NCBI RefSeq assembly: GCF_900187275.1
Contig: NZ_LT906458.1
Span: forward strand, 2,040,001 to 2,072,000
Direction: 5' to 3'
Source: Pasteurella multocida
GTDB taxonomy: Bacteria; Pseudomonadota; Gammaproteobacteria; Enterobacterales; Pasteurellaceae
DNA: 32,000 nucleotides
Shown here: piece after piece, positions 10,866 through 19,566 of the stretch
Numbering within the stretch: the first letter of the stretch is position 1
How the letters are laid out: each line of letters opens with the position of its first letter
Position numbers and translations under genes: made by a program
The notes under the pieces: generated by a model
The model's input: only the letters and a program-made list of their open reading frames with translations
What the model was told of the DNA's origin: nothing
Databases searched by the model: none

Positions 10866-11912
10866 GTGAAAATAAAACACATTCTTAGTAGTATCATCAT
10901 TGGCTTTTGTTCACTATGTTTATTGGCTTGTCATAAATCCCCTGAAGTTGTGACGATCACGGGTAAGACCATGGGGACAACGTATAGTGTGAAATACATT
11001 GATGATGGTCAGATTAAGATTAAACCGATTGAGATGCACGGGCAAATTGAAGAGATTTTGAAAGAAGTGAACAATAAAATGTCCACTTACATTTCCACAT
11101 CTGAATTGAGTCAATTTAATCAAAATACACAAATTGATACACCCGTTGAAATTTCGGCTGATTTAGCCTTTGTCTTAAAAGAAGCGATTCGTTTACATGG
11201 CGTCACAGAAGGAGCATTGGATGTGACTGTGGGACCAATTGTGAATTTATGGGGGTTTGGACCTGAAAAGCGTCAACCGAATGAAACCTTAGAAGAACAA
11301 GTGGAAAAACGTCGCGCTTGGGTCGGGATTGAAAAAATGAAATTAACCGAACAAGGCGATAAGTTTTATCTCGCTAAGACAGTTCCCCAGTTATATATTG
11401 ACCTTTCTTCGATTGCCAAAGGGTTTGGTGTCGATAAAGTGGCTGCACATTTAGCTACAAAAGGCATTGCTAATTATTTGGTGGAAATTGGTGGTGAGAT
11501 TAACGCGAAAGGAAAAAATATTGAAGGCAAAGATTGGCAAATCGCGATTGAAAAGCCGAATTTTGATGGGAGCCGCGCGGTATCACAAATTATTGGGCTG
11601 AAAGATTTTTCTATGGCAACATCGGGTAATTATCGTAACTATTTTGAAGAAAATGGTCGCCGTTTCTCTCATGAAATCGATCCTAAAACCGGTTACCCGA
11701 TTGAACACCGATTGGCTTCAATCACTGTGTTAGCGGATTCCACTATGACCGCAGATGGATTATCGACAGGTCTTTATGTGCTCGGAGAAGAGAAAGCCTT
11801 AGAAGTCGCGGAAAAATATAATTTATTGGTGTATCTCATTAGCAAAACCGAAAAAGGGTTTGAGGCAAAAATGTCCTCTGCATTTGAGAAATTATTAAAT
11901 GAACAACATTAG
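10866..11912 (+). CDS. apbE: FAD:protein FMN transferase (ApbE/Ftp), lipoprotein; flavinylates NqrB and NqrC
   Basis: The 348-aa ORF has a GTG start preceded by GAAAGGA. The lipobox is LLA|C. ApbE motifs include TGKTMGTTYSVKY, DVTVGPIVNLWGFGP, IAKGFGVDK, SMATSGNYRNYF and H.IDP.TG.P. Confidence 0.93.
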   Translation: MKIKHILSSIIIGFCSLCLLACHKSPEVVTITGKTMGTTYSVKYIDDGQIKIKPIEMHGQIEEILKEVNNKMSTYISTSELSQFNQNTQIDTPVEISADLAFVLKEAIRLHGVTEGALDVTVGPIVNLWGFGPEKRQPNETLEEQVEKRRAWVGIEKMKLTEQGDKFYLAKTVPQLYIDLSSIAKGFGVDKVAAHLATKGIANYLVEIGGEINAKGKNIEGKDWQIAIEKPNFDGSRAVSQIIGLKDFSMATSGNYRNYFEENGRRFSHEIDPKTGYPIEHRLASITVLADSTMTADGLSTGLYVLGEEKALEVAEKYNLLVYLISKTEKGFEAKMSSAFEKLLNEQH

Positions 11913-11921
11913 GATAAATCC

Positions 11922-12176
11922 ATGCAACTTTTTTTAATCACGTTTGGTATCTTTTTATTGATTATTGCAGGAATGGCGATTGGTTATATTATTCAGCGTA
12001 AAACGATAGCTGGGAGCTGTGGTGGCATTTCAGCATTAGGCTTGAAAAAAGTCTGTGACTGTGAAGAGCCTTGCGATAATCTCAAAGCAAAATTAGAGGC
12101 GGGCGATGAAGAAGCCCAGCAAGAATACAACGCCAAATTTGCTAAAAATGAACCGCACTTTTATGAAGTGAAGTAA
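11922..12176 (+). CDS. nqrM: (Na+)-NQR maturation protein NqrM
   Basis: The 84-aa ORF has one TM helix followed by the Cys-rich segment GSCGG...KKVCDCEEPCD that is typical of NqrM (DUF539). Its position directly after apbE is the conserved one. Confidence 0.85.
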   Translation: MQLFLITFGIFLLIIAGMAIGYIIQRKTIAGSCGGISALGLKKVCDCEEPCDNLKAKLEAGDEEAQQEYNAKFAKNEPHFYEVK

Positions 12177-12220
12177 TCCATGTGAGTAGCAACATCGGGT
12201 GAAAGGTTCAATGAAACTTG

Positions 12221-12254
12221 GGGCTTTGTATCGGTAGCATAAGATACAAAGCCC
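12221..12254 (+). terminator. Stem-loop ending the nqr-apbE-nqrM transcription unit
   Basis: GGGCTTTGTATC (12221-12232), a 10-nt loop, then GATACAAAGCCC (12243-12254). This is a perfect 12-bp stem. The U-tract is interrupted (TTACCTCATCTTTT). Confidence 0.6.
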
Positions 12255-12307
12255 TTACCTCATCTTTTGTGGCGTGATCACGACACTAATCTAAATATGA
12301 AAGTAAT

Positions 12308-13459
12308 ATGAAATCAAAAACTTATGAAACGCATTTCCCGCCATTAAGTGCAGAGCAATTGGCGGAAAATCGCAAGAAAAAAGTCATCTGTGGCATGTCT
12401 GGCGGGGTGGATTCGTCTGTTTCTGCGTTTATTTTGCAACAACAAGGCTATCAAGTAGAAGGCTTGTTTATGAAGAACTGGGAAGAAGATGACGACACTG
12501 ATTATTGTACGGCGGCAGCCGATCTTGCCGATGCACAAGCGGTGTGCGATAAACTGGGCATCAAGTTACATAAAATTAATTTTGCCGCAGAATATTGGGA
12601 TAATGTCTTTGAGCATTTTTTACAAGAATACAAAGCCGGACGTACGCCAAATCCTGATATTTTGTGCAACAAAGAAATTAAATTCAAAGCGTTTCTAGAC
12701 TATGCCGCGGAAGATTTAGGGGCCGATTATATTGCAACGGGGCATTATGTGCGTCGTGGTGAGAAAGACGGGCAATGCCAGCTTTTACGTGGTTTAGATA
12801 ATAATAAAGACCAAAGTTATTTTTTATATACCTTGAGCAAAGATCAGGTGGCACAGAGCTTATTCCCTGTCGGCGAAATTGAAAAGCCGATTGTACGTGC
12901 TATTGCGGAAGATTTAGGTCTAGCCACCGCGAAGAAAAAAGATTCCACAGGGATTTGTTTCATTGGTGAACGCAAATTCAAAGATTTTTTAGCTCGTTAT
13001 TTACCTGCTCAGCCGGGTGAGATTAGAACGGTTGAGGGAAAAGTGGTGGGACGCCATGATGGCTTGATGTACCACACGTTAGGTCAACGTAAAGGGCTTG
13101 GCATTGGTGGAGTGAAAGGCATGGGCGAAGATCCGTTCTATGTAGTAGAAAAAGATTTGGTGAATAATGTGTTAGTCGTGGCACAAGGGCATGATAATTC
13201 TGCTTTATTGTCTTCAGGCTTAATCGCCAGCCAATTACATTGGGTAGATCGTCAACCGATTCGCCAGCCAGTCCGTTGCACGGTCAAAACCCGTTATCGT
13301 CAAGAGGATATTCCCTGCGAGATTCAACCGATTAACGATGAAACTATTCGGGTGGTGTTTGATGAACCACAAATTGCTGTGACGCCGGGACAATCTGCGG
13401 TTTTCTATCAAGGTGAGATCTGTCTTGGTGGTGGGGTTATTGAAACCCAAATCAAATAG
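12308..13459 (+). CDS. mnmA: tRNA-specific 2-thiouridylase (tRNA 5-methylaminomethyl-2-thiouridine synthesis)
   Basis: The 383-aa ORF has the PP-loop [12 protein letters not shown] and the motifs [31 protein letters not shown] and RYRQ. It is colinear with E. coli MnmA/TrmU and has the N-terminal extension I recall from Haemophilus TrmU. Confidence 0.96.
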   Translation: MKSKTYETHFPPLSAEQLAENRKKKVICGMSGGVDSSVSAFILQQQGYQVEGLFMKNWEEDDDTDYCTAAADLADAQAVCDKLGIKLHKINFAAEYWDNVFEHFLQEYKAGRTPNPDILCNKEIKFKAFLDYAAEDLGADYIATGHYVRRGEKDGQCQLLRGLDNNKDQSYFLYTLSKDQVAQSLFPVGEIEKPIVRAIAEDLGLATAKKKDSTGICFIGERKFKDFLARYLPAQPGEIRTVEGKVVGRHDGLMYHTLGQRKGLGIGGVKGMGEDPFYVVEKDLVNNVLVVAQGHDNSALLSSGLIASQLHWVDRQPIRQPVRCTVKTRYRQEDIPCEIQPINDETIRVVFDEPQIAVTPGQSAVFYQGEICLGGGVIETQIK

Positions 13460-13479
13460 GCGGAAAGGTTTTAGAATGT

Positions 13480-13515
13480 GCGGTTAACGTCTTTAAGATT
13501 TTAACCGCTTTTTTT
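13480..13515 (+). terminator. Rho-independent terminator of mnmA (degenerate USS pair)
   Basis: GCGGTTAA (13480-13487), a 13-nt loop, TTAACCGC (13501-13508), then TTTTTTT. Confidence 0.8.
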
Positions 13516-13740
13516 ATGTGATTTGTTTTATGCTAGAGGAAAGATGAGAAGATGATCTTTCCTTTCGCTGTGCTTTCTCGCGACAGACTGCTATGATAAA
13601 TTGGATTGTCCCTGTTTTGAGCAGATGTATTGTTAAATATCATGACATGACGTCTATTATGTCTCGGTTAGCGAGGTAAATTGACTTGTCTTTTACCCTT
13701 CAATGGCATCACGCCTTATCCTTGATGAAAAGGAAACACT

Positions 13741-14322
13741 ATGGCACATCAACATCCGCATACAAGCAATCGTAGCGTATTAGCAATCAGTTTTGCGCTT
13801 GTTAGTGTATTTATGCTAGTGGAGTTTTTAAGTGGCTATTATTTTAAAAGCTTAGCACTCATTACAGACGCCGGGCATATGGCAAATGACAGTTTCGCCT
13901 TATTGGTTGCGTTGATTGCGCTTTATTTAAGTCCAAAGAATCAACGTCGTGTTGCTGTGTTGAATGGGTTTTCGTTGATCGTCGTTGCGCTATTTATTAT
14001 TTGGGAGGCAATTGAACGTTGGCAATCGCCGCAAATGATTCAATCGCTGCCAATGCTCGTTGTGGCCATATTAGGACTATGTGTAAACACCTTAGTGGCA
14101 TGGTTACTGCTGAAAGGTGATTTGCATAATTTAAATCTTCGCGCAGCATATTTGCATGTATTGGCGGATTTACTTGGCTCAATTGTGGCGATTGTCGCGG
14201 CATTAAGTATTTTCTTTTGGGGCTGGATATGGGTTGATACTGTAGCCAGTTTGATCCTGAGTTTATTTATTTTGAAAAGTGGTTATGCCGTGACAAAAGA
14301 GGCGATTTTGAATTTGGAATAA
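13741..14322 (+). CDS. Cation diffusion facilitator (ZitB/CzcD-like Zn/Co/Cd efflux), membrane domain only; truncated and possibly decaying
   Basis: The 193-aa ORF starts with a His-rich N-terminus, MAHQHPH. The TM2 motif HMAND and the TM5 motif HVLAD keep the H/D transport-site residues. The ORF stops at ...KEAILNLE, where enterobacterial ZitB (about 313 aa) continues into its cytoplasmic domain. See the findings. Confidence 0.7.
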   Translation: MAHQHPHTSNRSVLAISFALVSVFMLVEFLSGYYFKSLALITDAGHMANDSFALLVALIALYLSPKNQRRVAVLNGFSLIVVALFIIWEAIERWQSPQMIQSLPMLVVAILGLCVNTLVAWLLLKGDLHNLNLRAAYLHVLADLLGSIVAIVAALSIFFWGWIWVDTVASLILSLFILKSGYAVTKEAILNLE

Positions 14323-14368
14323 TAAAACAGGGCTCAACATCATACACTTTTTAAGCGCACATTTTCAT

Positions 14369-15661
14369 TCAACAAGACGATTGATTTGGCTGTACTTTTA
14401 AAAAAGGCAGTAGCAGTAACGCAATAGCAAATGCACAGCAAGAAATTACGACAAAAAAACCGGTCCAATGAAACGTTTGTGTGATGAGTGCCAGTGGGTA
14501 GCCAGCGAGGGCTGCCCCCAGATAAGCAAACAAGCCAACAAAACCCGTGGCGGTGCCTGCGGTTTTCTTGTGGGCACATTCCGCAGCAGCCATGCCGATT
14601 AACATTTGCGGACCAAACACAAAAAAGCCGACACAGAAAAATAAGCCAGATTGTAATAGCATGTTTTCTTTTGGCATCAGCCAAAGCGCGGTAATCGAAA
14701 AGAAAATGCCAATGGCAAACACCAATGCCATAGGTCCTCGATTGCTAGAAAACAGTTTATCTGATCCCCAACCGGCGACTAGTGATCCCACAAAACCACC
14801 GATTTCAAATAAAGAGAGTGCGCTGTTCGCACTGACTAAGTCATAGTGATAACGTTCACTTAGATAGAGATTACCCCAGTCATTAATGGCGGTCCGCACG
14901 AGATAGACCAATGCATAGCTCATTGCGAGTAGCCAAAGATATTTATTGTAGAACACATAATCACGCAAGATTTGTCGCCATGGTAAATCTTGTCCTTCCT
15001 TTTCTTGTGCTAATTCCAAAGGATCATGACGCCATTGTCCAATACTAGGCAACCCCATTGCATCTGGTGTGCTAGGTAAACGCCACAGTAAAAATACACT
15101 GATGAGTATGACGATTATGCCTGCTACAATAAAGCCGTGTCGCCAGCTGTAATGTAAAGTGAGATAGCCAACAATTAGCGGAATTAAGGCGCCTCCCACA
15201 TTGTGCGCAGTATTCCAAATAGACCACCATAAACCTCGCTCGCTACGGGAATACCACGTAGTGAGATATTTAGAACACGCAGGCCAGCCCCACCCCTGAA
15301 ACCACGCATTGATGACCCATAGGCAAGTGAACAGAAACACGGAACTGGATAAACCGAATAAAATATTCGTGATCCCTGTCATCATCAAGCCGATAGCCAT
15401 AATGTAACGGGGGTTGGCTTGATCAGAAAAAAGTCCAGAGAAAAATTTGGATAAACCATAGGTGAGATAAAACAAAGTTGCCATGAGTCCAATGGCATTT
15501 TTATCCATAGCCAAATCGCTGATTAAGGCGGGCATGGCATAATTCAAGCTTTTACGGCTGAGGTAAAAACCGGCATAGCCTACGTACATGGCAATCATTA
15601 AGTGAATGCGCCAGTAGCGATAAGTGCGGTCAATTTGCGAAAAGTTTTGTATTGGCATCAT
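14369..15661 (-). CDS. uhpC: MFS sugar-phosphate sensor protein UhpC
   Basis: The 430-aa ORF is an organophosphate:Pi antiporter-family MFS protein (YRYWRI...YAGFYLSRKS, WGWPAC, FGPQMLIGMAAAE). It lies immediately downstream of uhpB, with a TAATG stop/start overlap at 15661. Confidence 0.88.
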   Translation of the reverse strand: MMPIQNFSQIDRTYRYWRIHLMIAMYVGYAGFYLSRKSLNYAMPALISDLAMDKNAIGLMATLFYLTYGLSKFFSGLFSDQANPRYIMAIGLMMTGITNILFGLSSSVFLFTCLWVINAWFQGWGWPACSKYLTTWYSRSERGLWWSIWNTAHNVGGALIPLIVGYLTLHYSWRHGFIVAGIIVILISVFLLWRLPSTPDAMGLPSIGQWRHDPLELAQEKEGQDLPWRQILRDYVFYNKYLWLLAMSYALVYLVRTAINDWGNLYLSERYHYDLVSANSALSLFEIGGFVGSLVAGWGSDKLFSSNRGPMALVFAIGIFFSITALWLMPKENMLLQSGLFFCVGFFVFGPQMLIGMAAAECAHKKTAGTATGFVGLFAYLGAALAGYPLALITQTFHWTGFFVVISCCAFAIALLLLPFLKVQPNQSSC

Positions 15662-17226
15662 TAAAATCGAGGGAGAGTGATCACAAGGGAAGTGCCTTGT
15701 GTCAAAGGTTGAATTGAAGAGGAACGCATGTTCGCCGTGCTTGAGGAGAGCTGAAATTCGCCACCGAGTAAGGCAACCCGTTCTTGCATACCACGTAGCC
15801 CTAATCCTGTCACTGGCTGATGAATATCAAAGCCTTTGCCATTATCTTGAATCGATAAGATGACCTGCTGGTCAATGTGGATCGCGATGTGAATTTGACT
15901 GGCTTGTGCATGCTTGATGATGTTGTTTAAGGCTTCTTGGTAGAGGCGGTAAAGGGTGATTTCTAAGCGCGGATCGAGGTGCAATTGTTGAGGATTATGC
16001 CAGTCAAACTGACAGTGTATGTGCTGTTGCGTTAAACCTAATTCGTCTAATACATTTTGGAGGACTTGTGGTAATGGTAAGTCATCTAATACGCGAGGAC
16101 GTAAGCGGTTTAATAGTCCTTTGACCGTATCGTAAATATTGAGTGATAAGTGTTCGATCATATTGGCATTGTTCTGTTCTTGCGGGTGTGGATTGAGCCG
16201 TTTCAGAATACTGGCTTGGGTGCGAATAGCGGTAATGTTTTGCCCGATTTGATCGTGTAATTCACGGGCAATTTCTTGGCGAATGCTTTCTTCACTGCTG
16301 ATCAATTGCTGTGTTAAAGCGCGGTTACGCATGAGCTCCATGCCTAAATGCTGATTGAGTTCGCGTTGATGTTGAATAGCGAGTCCTAGAAAAATTCCTG
16401 TTATGGTTTGTGCACACAGAGATAGGAGTAAATCAGACAGATCTAAATGGGAGAAGTGCTGTGTGGAAGCAATTAATGCCACACTATTGATTAGTGAGCC
16501 GAGTAAGGCGCCCTGCCAGCCATAATAATAGGCTAATAAAATAATCGGAATCGCTAAAAAGAACAGGCTAAAGCGGTTAAACTCATCGGGCAGATAGGTT
16601 TGGATCAGAATGTTTAAGATTAATAACAGTGTATAAACCACAATGTGTTTGCTGCGCAGGGCGATCGGGTGATGAATAAAGCTGGCAGTAAGTGGAATCC
16701 ACTGGCGTGCAAATAAGAAATCTTGTAATAAATAACACATCGGCAACAACAATAACGCACCAGTAAAACTGACTAGCATCGTGTAAGCAAAAGGGGCATC
16801 CAAACAAACAAGCACCAATCCATTGAGCACGCTGATACTCAATGCCAGTATGCCTTGTAGGCGTAATTTGGAGCGTTGTTTGCCTTGATAATAGGATTGG
16901 CTAAATAACACGATGGGAAAACTGACCGCACTTAATAAGAGTAAGGGCAAGTAAGCTGCGCTGTGTTCTGCCCAAGAAACCAACAGGAGCACGCTGATTT
17001 CGGCCAACAGTGGAGCCAACCACAATGTGGGGCGAAGATGCAGACAAAGTCCAAGCCGCAATGCAAAAGGCAAAAAGAGAAAGGCTAAGCGCGAGTCATG
17101 TAACAAATAATCTGCCACGCCCCATAAGCAGAAATAGGAACAGGTGAGCAGAAACCAACTGTAAATGAAGGTGAACAACTTGTTCAAGTTAATATGTTTT
17201 ATGAAAGAAATTCGTGAGTTCCACAT
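15661..17226 (-). CDS. uhpB: Sensor histidine kinase UhpB (MASE1-type membrane domain plus HisKA_3/HATPase)
   Basis: The 521-aa ORF has a polytopic N-terminal half. The H-box is ARELHDQIGQNITAIR, the N-box is EALNNIIKHA and the G-box is DNGKGF...GLGLRGMQERV. The annotated ATG overlaps uhpA by 38 nt, so a TTG just after the uhpA stop (around 17187 or 17178) is an alternative start. Confidence 0.88.
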   Translation of the reverse strand: MWNSRISFIKHINLNKLFTFIYSWFLLTCSYFCLWGVADYLLHDSRLAFLFLPFALRLGLCLHLRPTLWLAPLLAEISVLLLVSWAEHSAAYLPLLLLSAVSFPIVLFSQSYYQGKQRSKLRLQGILALSISVLNGLVLVCLDAPFAYTMLVSFTGALLLLPMCYLLQDFLFARQWIPLTASFIHHPIALRSKHIVVYTLLLILNILIQTYLPDEFNRFSLFFLAIPIILLAYYYGWQGALLGSLINSVALIASTQHFSHLDLSDLLLSLCAQTITGIFLGLAIQHQRELNQHLGMELMRNRALTQQLISSEESIRQEIARELHDQIGQNITAIRTQASILKRLNPHPQEQNNANMIEHLSLNIYDTVKGLLNRLRPRVLDDLPLPQVLQNVLDELGLTQQHIHCQFDWHNPQQLHLDPRLEITLYRLYQEALNNIIKHAQASQIHIAIHIDQQVILSIQDNGKGFDIHQPVTGLGLRGMQERVALLGGEFQLSSSTANMRSSSIQPLTQGTSLVITLPRF

Positions 17227-17788
17227 TATTTTTTAGGTTGAGCTTACTCATGGCATTAGCACGATGCACGTGCACTGTTTTAAAGCTTACATTCAGCTGT
17301 TGAGCAATCTCTTTTGCATCTAAGCCGGTTGTTAATAATTCACATACTTCCATTTCTCTTCGTGTGAGCTGTTGGGTATAAGAGGCGGTAGGATTAAGCA
17401 GTTTTGAAGTCAGTTCAGGCATTAAGTAAAGCCCACCGGCAAATACGGCATGTACGGCTTGAATCAGTTCATCAGGGTGGCAACGTTTACTTAAATAGCC
17501 TTTGGCACCCAATTCCAAGGCTTTACGTACCATGATATCGGAATCGTTCACGCTGAGCATAATACAGTGGATACCCGAGGGAATGTCTTTGAGCAATGCT
17601 AAGCCGGTTTCATCAGGCATTGAAATGTCAATAATACACACATCAGGACGCACACTGGGCAGATGTTGGCGTGCTTCTTTAGCAGAACTAAATTCACCGA
17701 CAACGTGAAGATCATTTTCTAACGCAAGCAATTGAGCAAAGCCTGAGCGGACAATGATATGATCATCAATCAACGCTACTTTAATCAT
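17189..17788 (-). CDS. uhpA: Response regulator UhpA (NarL/LuxR family)
   Basis: The receiver domain reads MIKVALIDDH...DVCIIDISMPD. The C-terminal LuxR HTH reads LTRREMEVCELLTTGLDAKEIAQQLNVSFKTVHVHRANAMSKL. I start it at the ATG at 17788, which is preceded by GAGGA. The ORF track begins 15 nt earlier at a TTG (17803). Confidence 0.9.
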   Translation of the reverse strand: MIKVALIDDHIIVRSGFAQLLALENDLHVVGEFSSAKEARQHLPSVRPDVCIIDISMPDETGLALLKDIPSGIHCIMLSVNDSDIMVRKALELGAKGYLSKRCHPDELIQAVHAVFAGGLYLMPELTSKLLNPTASYTQQLTRREMEVCELLTTGLDAKEIAQQLNVSFKTVHVHRANAMSKLNLKNNVELTNFFHKTY

Positions 17789-17808
17789 CTTTATTATCCT
17801 CAAAAATG

Positions 17809-17840
17809 AAAAAGTGCGGTCAATTTAACCGCACTTTTGT
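17809..17840 (-). terminator. Rho-independent terminator after uhpT, formed by an inverted USS pair
   Basis: The minus strand reads AAAAGTGCGGTTAAATTGACCGCACTTTTTCATTTTT. This is a 10-bp stem with a 6-nt loop and a T-run. It sits 19 nt after the uhpT stop, and its T-run abuts the uhpA SD. Confidence 0.8.
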
Positions 17841-17858
17841 GTCATGTTATTTACCTGT

Positions 17859-19238
17859 TTATCTGGCTTGAGCCTTTATTTTACGGATTTTCTTCTCTTC
17901 TGCAATGGCAACAAAGGCAAGTAATACCATGCAAACGATTGCAGAGATATTGAGTGCGGCAAAAGTGCCTGCCCAACCCGTTAAACCAAAGATTGGTGTA
18001 CCGTCTGCAATCATGCCTAAGCCTAATTTAGCGAAGCTATCACCGATAAGGTAAGCAAAAGTGCCTTTTACACCATCTGCCACACTAATGGCTTTTTTCG
18101 GTACAAAGCCCACAGCTGCCACCCCAATTAATAATTGTGGACCAAACACCAAGAAACCTAATACAAACAAGGCACATAAATACATGACTTCGTTAGTAGC
18201 GAATTGATAAAATTCTAAAGTAAAGACAATCAGAATTAACGCCACACAAGCGGTTAAGCCACGGCGACCATTGGCTAAATCGGATAAATAGCCCCATAAG
18301 AATGTACCAACTAATGCCCCTACTTCAAATAAGGCAAAACCTGAAATCGCAGCGTCTTTAGAAAAGCCTAATTCTTGGTAAGCATAAACCGGTGACCATT
18401 GGTCGATCCCAATCCGCACGATATACAGGAAAATATTGGCAAAACATAACAGCCAAATCACCTTATTTTTCAAAATATACTGTACGAAAGTTTGCCATTT
18501 GGTTAATTGATTTTGTTCAGTCGCTAAATCTTCTTCACTTAATGGCTCACCAAATAATTCTTCTGCTTTTCCTAAACCATAAGCTTCTGGTGAATCACTA
18601 CCATAACGCAAGCCCCAGAAACCAATAATTAAGGCAATGATTGACGGGAACACGAACATCCCGATCACATGCCCATTAAAGAACACATTGGCGCCGAATA
18701 AGGCAACAGCCGCCGCGGCAGCCCCACCCACATTGTGAGATAAATTCCAAAAACCTAAATAGGTGCCGCGTTTATTACGTGGAGTCCATTTAGTGATAGT
18801 GGAGTAGCTTGAAGGACCACCTGTACTTTGGAAAAAACCGCTTAACGCATAAAAGGCGATCATTAAGAATAAACTGACACTGCCACCACCCATACTGGCA
18901 CTAAAACCGAGCATACAAATGGCAGATAAAATCAGCATAAACGGTACGAATTGTTTCGTGTTTTTGCCATCCGCATAATAAGAGACTAACGTTTTGCCGA
19001 CACCGTAAGTAATGGAAAAGCCTAAGCCAATCATACCGAGCTGGGTTTTGCTTAATCCATAGGTTTCGATTAAATCATTTTGTGCGATGTTGAAATTTTT
19101 GCGAATTAAATACATCGCCATATAACCGATGAATACCACCAAATAAGATTGCATAAAGGGTTTAAACCACAGTTTACGACGTTCTTCCACTGGCAGTTCC
19201 AGTGTCGGTTTTCTAACTTCTTGTAAAAAGCTAAGCAT
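17859..19238 (-). CDS. uhpT: Hexose-6-phosphate:phosphate antiporter UhpT
   Basis: The 459-aa ORF begins [55 protein letters not shown]... It is near-colinear along its whole length with E. coli UhpT as I remember it. The SD GAGG lies 6 nt upstream. Confidence 0.95.
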   Translation of the reverse strand: MLSFLQEVRKPTLELPVEERRKLWFKPFMQSYLVVFIGYMAMYLIRKNFNIAQNDLIETYGLSKTQLGMIGLGFSITYGVGKTLVSYYADGKNTKQFVPFMLILSAICMLGFSASMGGGSVSLFLMIAFYALSGFFQSTGGPSSYSTITKWTPRNKRGTYLGFWNLSHNVGGAAAAAVALFGANVFFNGHVIGMFVFPSIIALIIGFWGLRYGSDSPEAYGLGKAEELFGEPLSEEDLATEQNQLTKWQTFVQYILKNKVIWLLCFANIFLYIVRIGIDQWSPVYAYQELGFSKDAAISGFALFEVGALVGTFLWGYLSDLANGRRGLTACVALILIVFTLEFYQFATNEVMYLCALFVLGFLVFGPQLLIGVAAVGFVPKKAISVADGVKGTFAYLIGDSFAKLGLGMIADGTPIFGLTGWAGTFAALNISAIVCMVLLAFVAIAEEKKIRKIKAQAR

Positions 19239-19272
19239 GTTTTACCTCATTAAATAAAAAAATATTGTTGTC

Positions 19273-19278
19273 ACTATA
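19273..19278 (-). promoter_or_regulatory. Candidate uhpT -10 element (TATAGT) with no recognisable -35, typical of an activator-dependent promoter
   Basis: The minus strand reads ...GATTTTCTTATAGTGACAACAAT..., 34 nt before the ATG. The hexamer 17 bp upstream (ACGCCA) matches TTGACA poorly. Confidence 0.5.
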
Positions 19279-19361
19279 AGAAAATCACGTTCTGCTGGCG
19301 TGAGAAGATGCTTTAATTGATCTAGGAATAATCCTTAGTTTTTGCGAAAGTAAGGTTTTTT

Positions 19362-19377
19362 TGTGAGATAGATCACA
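19362..19377. promoter_or_regulatory. CRP binding site, perfect core TGTGA-N6-TCACA, upstream of uhpT
   Basis: The sequence TGTGAGATAGATCACA is centred at 19369.5. That is about 103.5 bp upstream of the transcription start predicted from the TATAGT -10. Confidence 0.7.
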
Positions 19378-19516
19378 AAAGTGCCGTGCTAGGAAAGCCG
19401 ATTTTCAGTTGGCACTTGGTTATGTGAGCAATGGGTTATGGTGTTTGGTGAGGAAATAGTATGAGTCGAGTTGGCATACTCGAAGTGCGGTTGCTGTTTT
19501 ATACGTTTAGTTAGGC

Positions 19517-19545
19517 AAAAAAATAGCGCCCAACGTTGGACGCTA
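19517..19545 (-). terminator. Rho-independent terminator of hldD
   Basis: The minus strand reads TAGCGTCCAACGTTGGGCGCTATTTTTTT. It is a near-perfect palindrome with one mismatch, followed by a T7 run, and begins 21 nt after the hldD stop. Confidence 0.8.
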
Positions 19546-19566
19546 TGTGATGAAGCCGCTTATTTA

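Noticed and set aside
13537-13563. 9-bp stem hairpin AGGAAAGAT-N9-ATCTTTCCT, plus a 14-codon ORF (MIFPFAVLSRDRLL, 13552-13596), upstream of the CDF gene. This was considered as a possible leader peptide or attenuator.
   Set aside because: No U-run follows the hairpin, and there is no alternative-pairing logic or metal-related codon bias in the peptide. It lies 140 bp or more from the CDF start, so the evidence is insufficient.
13621-13650. Partially palindromic ATGTATTGTTAAATATCATGACAT as a possible Zur/Fur-type metal box for the CDF gene.
   Set aside because: Only about 16 of 24 positions are self-complementary. It does not match the Fur (GATAATGATAATCATTATC) or Zur consensus well, and efflux pumps are usually not Zur- or Fur-repressed.
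17789-17830. Possible uhpA promoter TTGACC-19-GATAAT embedded in the right arm and T-run of the uhpT terminator.
   Set aside because: The 19-bp spacer is non-optimal. The -10 overlaps the uhpA Shine-Dalgarno, so transcription would begin at or after the ATG and leave no leader or RBS. It is most likely a chance match in AT-rich sequence.
14369-19238. The uhp cluster as a recently acquired genomic island. uhpT is strikingly similar to enterobacterial UhpT, and uhpB/uhpC look somewhat more GC-rich by eye.
   Set aside because: There are no flanking repeats, integrase or tRNA. uhpB and uhpC contain host-type USS in the usual reading frames. Membrane-protein genes are often more GC-rich. This cannot be claimed without computed GC and codon statistics and a phylogeny.
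19380-19566. A search for a displaced remnant of the missing CDF C-terminal domain on the far side of the uhp cluster.
   Set aside because: I translated the three plus-strand frames by eye. They gave only short stop-interrupted peptides with nothing resembling the CDF cytoplasmic domain, such as the HxHxW-type segment. This gives no support for a simple insertion that split the gene, though a TBLASTN check would be more sensitive.
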